Notes under the pieces: generated by a model
The model's database searches: none
What the model saw: the letters and a program-made list of their open reading frames with translations, nothing else
Told to the model about the DNA's origin: nothing
Translations under genes and position numbers: made by a program
Virus record (IMG/VR): IMGVR_UViG_3300028197_001024
Span: 1-64,000 of that record
Length of the DNA stretch: 64,000 nt
DNA from: a virus
Strand: one strand, 5' to 3'
Shown here: one piece after another, positions 57,275-64,000 of the stretch
How positions within the stretch are numbered: the stretch's first letter is position 1
How the letters are laid out: every line of letters starts with the position of its first letter

Positions 57275-57829
57275 ATGCCACTACCACATTATACCCAATC
57301 AAGGGCCAGTAGCCAAAGGTACGAACCTGTTCAGCCTAACCTATTCGAGGTGACTGTATTTTCACCATTAGGAGATGATACGGGTTTAATCTTGGAGCAA
57401 GTTAAAACTATCGGGGGTTTAAATAACTTAAATCCTGCTGTAGATGCAATAGGACAGAAATATAAATTTGCTGACCGTTCATTTGCAAGTATGCCAGCTT
57501 CCACAGTTATGGATCTGACTGTTAACTTTAGTCTTAACTTAAATGAAGCTAACGAAAATTACATTTACAATACATTCCGTAATTGGTATAAATTAATCTA
57601 TGATCCATTGACTGGTGAAATGGGATTAAAGAAAGACTATGTTGGAAGTATGATCATTGTACAATATAACAGAGCAGGTGATGTTTTCAGAAAGATCACA
57701 TGTAAAGATGTATTCCCTACAGGTCAACCTGATTTTGTAGATGAATTAAGTTATGAAACTCCAGACGCAGTTGATTTAACAATGACTTATCGTTGTGATC
57801 ACTGGGTTGAAGAAAATGTAGGAGCATAA
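57275..57829 (+). CDS. gp19: Tail tube protein
   Basis: PNLFEV, FRNW..LIYDP.TG, KKDY, FPT, L.Y, and position after the sheath. Confidence 0.88.
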   Translation: MPLPHYTQSRASSQRYEPVQPNLFEVTVFSPLGDDTGLILEQVKTIGGLNNLNPAVDAIGQKYKFADRSFASMPASTVMDLTVNFSLNLNEANENYIYNTFRNWYKLIYDPLTGEMGLKKDYVGSMIIVQYNRAGDVFRKITCKDVFPTGQPDFVDELSYETPDAVDLTMTYRCDHWVEENVGA

Positions 57830-57850
57830 TAAACTCTTAAATATTTTTAT

Positions 57851-57878
57851 AAAAACTGGCTTTAGGGCCAGTTTTTTT
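57851..57878 (+). terminator. Intrinsic terminator
   Basis: AAAAACTGGC-tttagg-GCCAGTTTTTTT. Confidence 0.88.
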
Positions 57879-57921
57879 GTCTTCACTCTAATATATATTA
57901 TAAATTATATAATCTAAACAT

Positions 57922-58392
57922 ATGACAATCTTTAAAGTAATTAATGAAACAGATGGAAAGGTTTATGTAGGTTATTCGATTAATGATAATCCTAATAATT
58001 TAGGGGCAGGTAAATATATTAAAAGAGCAGTTAAAGATTTTGGAACAAGATCTTTTCAAAAAACTATTCTTGAAGAATTTGAATCTGAAGAATCATTAAG
58101 CCATATAATGGAAAGGCTAGAATTTTGGATAAAAAATTATAAAGCTGATAATCCTAAATATGGATATAACGAAAGCGTACAGGAATTAATTCCACAAAAA
58201 AAGAGACTTACAAAAAAATTACAAGTACTCTTAACACCAGAAGATGAAGATAATTTAAATGCAATTATCATTGAAAAATCAATGGAAAATAAATCAAAAC
58301 CGTTGCCTGTATCCAGGTATGTAAGACAATTAATTGTCGAGCATATAGTAGAGGAAACAGCACCTGAAAAACAATTAATAAAAACTAAATAA
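57922..58392 (+). CDS. GIY-YIG (Seg-like) domain fused to a ribbon-helix-helix-like domain
   Basis: IFKVIN...KVYVG, LGAG..IKRAVKDFG, GYN; C-terminal KKLQVLLT.ED...VSRYVRQLI. Confidence 0.6.
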   Translation: MTIFKVINETDGKVYVGYSINDNPNNLGAGKYIKRAVKDFGTRSFQKTILEEFESEESLSHIMERLEFWIKNYKADNPKYGYNESVQELIPQKKRLTKKLQVLLTPEDEDNLNAIIIEKSMENKSKPLPVSRYVRQLIVEHIVEETAPEKQLIKTK

Positions 58393-58394
58393 TT

Positions 58395-59402
58395 ATGAGT
58401 AGTCACGAAGACAACATTAAGAAAGAATTTGAGGCGGCTGAAGGTATAGTAGATACTAAGGCTGAAGTAAAAACAACAAATGCCGATGGTAAAATTACCG
58501 ACTTAGGCAAGGTAGATACTAGTAGAGGTTCTGGTGTAACATCAATAGATGATCCAGAAATACAAAGAATACAATCTTTGACTGGTTATGTTAAATTAGA
58601 TTTATCAATTTTTCCATCAGGTGGACAATTTTATAGAGAAGATTTTGAAATTCATATCAGAGCCGCAAGAGTTGGTGAGATTAGAGAATTTTCTACATTA
58701 GATGAAGAAAACATTTTAGATGTGGATGAAAAGCTAAACTCACTTCTAGTGAACTGTACAAAAATTATGTATGGTAACCAAAGAGGATCGTATAGAGATG
58801 TATTAGAAGAAGATAGAATATATCTAATCCTATCTATTAGGGAACTAACCTTTAAGGATGGTGAAAATAAACTGATGATGCCAGTTGGAAAAAAGAATTG
58901 TAAAACAGGAACTTGTAAATCACAAGAATCCGTCGAACTTAGAACAGGTAATCTTCAATTTAATGATAAAGATGATTTATTAGAAAAGTATTATGATTAT
59001 GAAAATAAATGTTTTACTATTCCAACTAAAAGTCATGGATCATTAACTATTGCACCACCAACAATTGGTGTAATGAGAGCTATTACAGATTGGATACGAA
59101 AAAGAGAAGAAGAAAATAAACCTTGGGATAAATCATCACTAGGTATTTTACCTTACATTCAAAGAGAATGGCGAGGATTTAATGATAAAGAAATATTTTC
59201 AGCCATTACAAATTTTCAAGGTTGGGATGCTAGCAAATTTTCAGTTATTTATAGATTAGTTGAAAAAGCAAAAATAGGAGTAAAGCCGGAATTTGCATTT
59301 CCGTGTGAAAGCTGTGGTGAGGAGGTCGCAGTCCCGCTCACGTTTCCCGGCGGGATCAAAGCTCTCTTTATTATTCAAGATATCTCTTCTGAACTTTTAT
59401 AA
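58395..59402 (+). CDS. Baseplate hub / tail assembly protein (gp26-like)
   Basis: PSGG.FY, DRIYLILSIR, C-terminal CESCG...GIKALF. Confidence 0.65.
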   Translation: MSSHEDNIKKEFEAAEGIVDTKAEVKTTNADGKITDLGKVDTSRGSGVTSIDDPEIQRIQSLTGYVKLDLSIFPSGGQFYREDFEIHIRAARVGEIREFSTLDEENILDVDEKLNSLLVNCTKIMYGNQRGSYRDVLEEDRIYLILSIRELTFKDGENKLMMPVGKKNCKTGTCKSQESVELRTGNLQFNDKDDLLEKYYDYENKCFTIPTKSHGSLTIAPPTIGVMRAITDWIRKREEENKPWDKSSLGILPYIQREWRGFNDKEIFSAITNFQGWDASKFSVIYRLVEKAKIGVKPEFAFPCESCGEEVAVPLTFPGGIKALFIIQDISSELL

Positions 59403-59652
59403 AGTACGAGTACTATTATTAGAAAAGTTGCATCTCCAGCCTTCAGAGCTGGATTTGCTTCCTTTCTATGAGTATGAATATACTTTAGAAATGTTTAATG
59501 AGATTCTCAAGGATCGTAACGACGAGGATAAACAGAATACTCAATCCTATTCGGATAAATATAATACGGACAGCATGTCTAAGTCTATGAATAAACAGAT
59601 GAGCTCATTTAAAACTCCATCTATGCCAAAGATTAGTATGCCGAAGTTCTGA
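59365..59652 (+). CDS. Small tail-assembly ORF in the +1 frame, probably expressed as a frameshift extension of 58395..59402 (start uncertain)
   Basis: SLLNFYK...QPSELDLLPFYEY resembles the small ORF after gp26-like genes. No ATG precedes the conserved part. Confidence 0.55.
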   Translation, partial: SLLFKISLLNFYKVRVLLLEKLHLQPSELDLLPFYEYEYTLEMFNEILKDRNDEDKQNTQSYSDKYNTDSMSKSMNKQMSSFKTPSMPKISMPKF

Positions 59653-59668
59653 TAAATAAATAGATTGA

Positions 59669-62600
59669 ATGGCTGCTGTAACTCTTAAAGATTTAATGGA
59701 TCCTCTATCAAAAATAGAGGCTGCTGCAAAAGAGACTAATGAAAAATTAGATGCTCTTATTGCAGTTTCTGGTAGTAGTAACTCTGGTGGTGGATTAGAT
59801 GCCGCTATTGTAGCTCAATTAACAGCACAAACAGATTTATTAACTGCTATTGAAGCAAACACATCCAGAAATCCTTTAGGCGGAATGTTTAGTAAAAAAG
59901 GTGGTGGTGCTAAGAAAAGTAATGCTGGTGCTACATTAGAAGATTTAGGTCTTGGTGCAAAAATAACAGCCAAAGCAATGATGCTATGGTTATTAGTACC
60001 AAAGAAAGCTTTAGGTAAATTTAAAGGTTTTGTAGTAGATACACTTGAGGCCTTTGAAGGTATAAAACCTAAAAAAGTAAAAGCAGGTGCTGATGCTCTT
60101 GCTGTTGCTTCTGGTGCTGCAATGATATCTGCAAAGGCATTAATGATTTGGGCTTTTGTACCTGAATCAGCTATTGATAAATTTACAGCTTATATAACAA
60201 AATTAGATAAAGCTTTATCTAAGACTACACCTAAAAAGGCTAAGAAAGGTGCAGAGACTTTAGGTATGATGGGGGATGCACTTTTAAAATTTGCAAAAGG
60301 ATTAGCTTTAGCTGCAATATTAGTTCCATTAGGTTTAATAGCAATACCGTTCTTATTATTAGCCGTGACTGCCGTTGGTGGTATTATGGCTCTAATAGGT
60401 GGTAAGAAATTTTCTCAAAGAATAGGTAGAGGAGCAAGGACTTTAGATAAAGTAGGAGATGCATTAAAATCTTTTGCAATAGGAATCGGTTTATTTGCAC
60501 TTTCTACAATGTTTATTATATTAGCTCCACCTATTTTAATAGGAATGGTTGCTTCGTTGGTATTAATACCTGGTGCGATTGCAATCTTAGGTGGTAAGAA
60601 AATGTCTAAAAGAATCAGAAGAGGTGCATTAGGTCTCGCAATTTTAGGTGTAGCATTAATACCTTTTGCTTTAGGTTTAGCAATCTTTTCAATGGCTACA
60701 AAAGGTAATGGTATTGGTGATGTTCTTATTCAAGGTGCTACAATATTAGCAATTGGCGTATCTGCTGCCTTAGTTGGAAAATTTGGAATATCTAATATTT
60801 TACAAGGTGCATTAGCATTAGCAGTTAACGGTTTAGGGTTAATGGTATTTAGTTTAGGATATACCCCATTTGCTGAATCAACAAAAGGGTTAGGATTAAC
60901 TGATATATTAGTACAATCTGGAATATTAATTGCAATAGGTGGAATTATGGCATTAGCAGGATTAGCTGTTGCTGCAACTGCAGGTGCTGCGTTACTAGGT
61001 CCTGCATTATATGCAGCTGCTGGTTTAGCATTACAGGAATTAGCACCTGGTTTAATTGCAATGAAAAAGGTAGACTATAAGAAAAAAGATGCGGAAGACT
61101 TGTCATTTACATTAGGTGCTGTTGCTGCTGCGTTTTCAGGAGTAGATCCTGAGGCTGGTTTCTTATCTAATATAGGTAATGTATTTAGTAGAGTTGTACA
61201 AAGTGGGACTGGTTTAGCTGCAGCTGCTATGTATGGAGCTGCTGGGTTAGCATTACAAGAATTATCAAAAGGTCTAACTAAATTTAAGGCTATAGGATTT
61301 ACTGAAGAAGATTCAAAAGAACTTGCTGTTGCGTTAGGTTCTGTTAGTGGAGCCTTTGCCCAGGCCGGTGGGGAACCTGCAAGCCCTGGTGGATTATTTG
61401 GTGCAGTATTTGGAAATACATTTAGCCCTAATGCTACAGAGAGAGGTATTGATTCTGTAATGGATTCTGGTAAAGCTCTTGCTTCTATAGTTGATGGTCT
61501 TGCTTCATTTTTAGATCTTAAGAAAAAATATAAATTAGATGCAGCTGCATTTCAAGAAGGTGGATTCTTAGCTGTATCAATCGCAGATACATTAGGTTTC
61601 TTAAGTAAAGCTTTTGCTTCTATCGGTGGAATGGAAACCGAGGATTCCTGGGGTCCGTTTAAATGGGATGAGAATAAAGTTGAAAAAGGTATTGATGCAG
61701 TTAAAGGTTCAGGTAAAGCATTAGCTGATATAACTACAGGGTTAAAATCATTCTTGGATTTACAACAAAATTATGGATTAACTTCTGAATCTTTCAAAGA
61801 AGGCGGATTCCTACAAACGGCAGTAGTAGATACTTTAGGATTTGTTAGTAAAGCCTTTGGTACAATTGGCGGAATGGAAGTACAAGACGGTTGGGGTCCA
61901 TTTAGTTGGGATGAGAATGTGGTAGAGAAAGGAGTTGATGCTGTTAAAGGCGCAGGCCAAGAACTTACTAATATTGCAACAGGATTAAAAACATTCCAAG
62001 AGCTGGTAGAAAAAGAAATTGACTTTAAACCTGGTGGTAAACTTGCAAACGCTGTTACTAATTCACTATCATTTGTATCAACTGCATTTAGTGCGATTGG
62101 AGGAATGGAAGAATCAGATGGATGGTTTATATTTTCATGGGATGAAAACTCTGTAGAGAAAGGTATTGATGCTGTAAAAGGAGCTGGTGCAGAACTTAGT
62201 AATATTGCAAACGGATTAAAAACATTCGCGGATATGTCTACAACAGTTGACTTCAGTAAAAAAGGTAAACTTGCTACTGCGGTTAAAAATGCCCTATCAT
62301 TTGTAGGTAGCGCATTTATGAAAATTGGTGGAATGGAAGAGACTGATGGTAATTGGTTATTTTCTTGGGATGAAAACTTAGTACAAAAAGGTATTGAAAA
62401 TGTAGATGGTGCTGGTGCTGCATTAACTGATATTGCTAAAGGTTTACAATCATTTGCAGATTTAGAAAATCCTGGAGCCATAGCACAAGGCATTGAATCT
62501 ATATTTACCTCTATAGGTGATACATTTGCTAAGTATTATAAAGACACCGCATTCCGAACTGACTTAGATCATATGCAAGGATTTATTACAGAATTATCTA

Positions 62601-62995
62601 CTTATGCACAAGATGGGTCATTGGCAAAAGCCGCAACGGATATTCAATCAATCTCTAATGCTGTTAATTCTATTGATTCTATGAAAGCTGAATCATTTGC
62701 AAATCTATTTAAAGGCGCAGGCGAATTAAGTTCTAATAAAAGAGCATATTCTGCATTAGCTGATGCGGTCGAAGAGATAAGAGATATTTTAGGTAGCCAA
62801 GGTTCAAGTATTGGTGATGCCGTTGGTGGTGCTATTAGTAATGCATTCGGTGGAGGTGGAGATGAAAAGAAATCAACAAACAGTAATGGTGGAATAAACA
62901 AATCAATGAATAAAATCAATTCTACATTATCTCAGTTAAATACTACAATGAAATCATTACCTGTATCCATATCTAATTTAATACCTGATGATTAA
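59669..62995 (+). CDS. Tape-measure-like tail protein
   Basis: 1108 aa, Ala/Gly-rich, with hydrophobic segments and internal repeats, following the tube and hub genes. Confidence 0.7.
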   Translation: MAAVTLKDLMDPLSKIEAAAKETNEKLDALIAVSGSSNSGGGLDAAIVAQLTAQTDLLTAIEANTSRNPLGGMFSKKGGGAKKSNAGATLEDLGLGAKITAKAMMLWLLVPKKALGKFKGFVVDTLEAFEGIKPKKVKAGADALAVASGAAMISAKALMIWAFVPESAIDKFTAYITKLDKALSKTTPKKAKKGAETLGMMGDALLKFAKGLALAAILVPLGLIAIPFLLLAVTAVGGIMALIGGKKFSQRIGRGARTLDKVGDALKSFAIGIGLFALSTMFIILAPPILIGMVASLVLIPGAIAILGGKKMSKRIRRGALGLAILGVALIPFALGLAIFSMATKGNGIGDVLIQGATILAIGVSAALVGKFGISNILQGALALAVNGLGLMVFSLGYTPFAESTKGLGLTDILVQSGILIAIGGIMALAGLAVAATAGAALLGPALYAAAGLALQELAPGLIAMKKVDYKKKDAEDLSFTLGAVAAAFSGVDPEAGFLSNIGNVFSRVVQSGTGLAAAAMYGAAGLALQELSKGLTKFKAIGFTEEDSKELAVALGSVSGAFAQAGGEPASPGGLFGAVFGNTFSPNATERGIDSVMDSGKALASIVDGLASFLDLKKKYKLDAAAFQEGGFLAVSIADTLGFLSKAFASIGGMETEDSWGPFKWDENKVEKGIDAVKGSGKALADITTGLKSFLDLQQNYGLTSESFKEGGFLQTAVVDTLGFVSKAFGTIGGMEVQDGWGPFSWDENVVEKGVDAVKGAGQELTNIATGLKTFQELVEKEIDFKPGGKLANAVTNSLSFVSTAFSAIGGMEESDGWFIFSWDENSVEKGIDAVKGAGAELSNIANGLKTFADMSTTVDFSKKGKLATAVKNALSFVGSAFMKIGGMEETDGNWLFSWDENLVQKGIENVDGAGAALTDIAKGLQSFADLENPGAIAQGIESIFTSIGDTFAKYYKDTAFRTDLDHMQGFITELSTYAQDGSLAKAATDIQSISNAVNSIDSMKAESFANLFKGAGELSSNKRAYSALADAVEEIRDILGSQGSSIGDAVGGAISNAFGGGGDEKKSTNSNGGINKSMNKINSTLSQLNTTMKSLPVSISNLIPDD
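61625..62470 (+). repeat. Four 76-81-aa repeats in the tape-measure-like protein
   Basis: GGME..D.W..F.WDEN.V.KG...V.G.G starts at 61625, 61868, 62099 and 62327. Confidence 0.85.
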
Positions 62996-63019
62996 TAACA
63001 ATCATTTTATAAAATCTTA

Positions 63020-63053
63020 AAACCTTTTTACTTTTTAGCTATATAAAATATAA
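63020..63053 (+). promoter_or_regulatory. Putative middle promoter
   Basis: AAAC-18 nt-TATAAAATATAA. Confidence 0.55.
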
Positions 63054-63091
63054 CAGAGAGATTCTGAAATAGTATAGTTTAAAAGTATAAT

Positions 63092-63889
63092 ATGGAAAAT
63101 GTAAAAAACATAGTTTGGTTTGACTTAGAAACCACAGGAGTAAACACAAGTAGCGATAGAATTATCGAGATCGCAATGATAAAAACCGATTCTGAAGGAA
63201 ATGAAATAGATTCTTTTCAGTCATTAGTTAATCCCGGCCCAGATGCAGTTATGAGAGAAGAAGCTCAGGACAAGCATGGCATATCACCAGAACAATTAAA
63301 AGATGCACCACAATTTGATTTAATAGCAAAAGAAGTTTTAGACTTTATTGATGATAGTGACTTAGGTGGATATAACGCACTTTACTTTGATGTACCAATG
63401 CTCGTAGAGGAATTTATGAGAAGTGGTATTGCATTCTCGCATCGCCAAAGAGCTGTAGTAGATCCTTTTTTAATTTATTCAAAATATGAACGTAGAGATT
63501 TAAGTACTGCATATAAAAAATATACAGGAAAAGATTTAGAAGGTGCTCATAGAGCCGACGTTGATATCCGTGCAACAATGGAAATATTCCAAAAACAAAA
63601 AGAACTTTATGATATGCCTACAACAGCAAAAGAAATTGATGATGTAGTAAATGAATCAAGAAAAGATCAAGTAGACCTTAGTGGTAAATATAAATTTGCT
63701 GAAATAAACGGTAAACGAGAAATTGTATTTAACTTTGGTAAAAACAAAGGCAAACCGTTTAAAGAAGTTTATGAAACGGATGCAAGGTATATTCAATGGA
63801 TTATTGATAAGGGTGAATTCTCAAAAGAGGTAAAAATTATATCTCGTAAACTCTTAGAGAAAATGAGAGCAGAAAACCCTGTTTTGTAA
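63092..63889 (+). CDS. DEDDh 3'-5' exonuclease (DnaQ-like)
   Basis: FDLETTG, GYN..FD, AHRA..D, C-terminal FNFGKNKG. Confidence 0.92.
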   Translation: MENVKNIVWFDLETTGVNTSSDRIIEIAMIKTDSEGNEIDSFQSLVNPGPDAVMREEAQDKHGISPEQLKDAPQFDLIAKEVLDFIDDSDLGGYNALYFDVPMLVEEFMRSGIAFSHRQRAVVDPFLIYSKYERRDLSTAYKKYTGKDLEGAHRADVDIRATMEIFQKQKELYDMPTTAKEIDDVVNESRKDQVDLSGKYKFAEINGKREIVFNFGKNKGKPFKEVYETDARYIQWIIDKGEFSKEVKIISRKLLEKMRAENPVL

Positions 63890-63981
63890 ATTGTTAATAA
63901 CTTTTAGAAAAAAGATCTCATTTTATTTTCAATTCCCAATTAAATTTATTATATTTATAATATAATTAAACAATACGGAAT
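63888..63981 (+). promoter_or_regulatory. Conserved leader / putative early promoter, copy 2
   Basis: Same blocks as 2905..3013. Confidence 0.7.
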
Positions 63982-64000
63982 ATGTCTAAATATCAAGAAC
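63982..64000 (+). CDS. Start of an ORF truncated by the window end (MSKYQE...)
   Basis: ATG placed after ACGGAA, as in the sigma-70 leader. Confidence 0.5.

Noticed and set aside
61771-62493. 240-aa minus-strand ORF
   Set aside because: It is an antisense shadow of the repetitive Ala/Gly-rich tape-measure gene, with no motifs or leader.
2883-62919. Other short minus-strand and nested ORFs in the track (e.g. 2883..3233, 31699..32094, 47382..47594, 58137..58406)
   Set aside because: They lie largely within or opposite well-supported genes and show no recognisable motifs.
1-64000. Stop-codon reassignment, as in some Bacteroidota phages
   Set aside because: Conserved genes are full length in the standard code, and TAA, TAG and TGA all end genes.
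1-64000. tRNA, rRNA, integrase, transposase or reverse transcriptase
   Set aside because: None was recognised. Intergenic gaps are short and explained by promoters, terminators or small ORFs. A tRNAscan/Infernal run would confirm.

Overview
This window is 64 kb of an AT-rich, T4-like (myovirus) large-phage genome in the standard genetic code, with almost all genes on the + strand. The host is probably Bacteroidota: leaders are A-rich without Shine-Dalgarno sites, and there is an Hc1-like small protein. In order, the window contains: the end of a collagen-like fibre gene; a phage sigma-70; a NEIL1-like glycosylase; a dUTPase/dCTPase; a family-B DNA polymerase split into two genes about 16 kb apart; nrdBA; an amino-sugar/KDO operon; a self-contained candidate DNA hypermodification operon; replication and recombination genes (clamp, UvsX, helicase, gp47/46, clamp loader, RNase H); and the T4-like head and tail module. 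The best candidate for an undescribed system is the operon at 14982-22349. It encodes a HAD phosphatase, a kinase, an NDP-sugar synthase, a T4 beta-glucosyltransferase-like enzyme, an epimerase, a C5-cytosine methyltransferase homologue with an altered SAM-binding site, and two further glycosyltransferases. No TET or dCMP hydroxymethylase is visible in the window. Three recurrent upstream motif classes suggest an early/middle/late promoter cascade. Other signals include a probable +1 frameshift in the tail assembly region, a probable nested scaffold start, and a structured capsid mRNA leader. All family assignments come from motif recognition by eye, and no searches were run.
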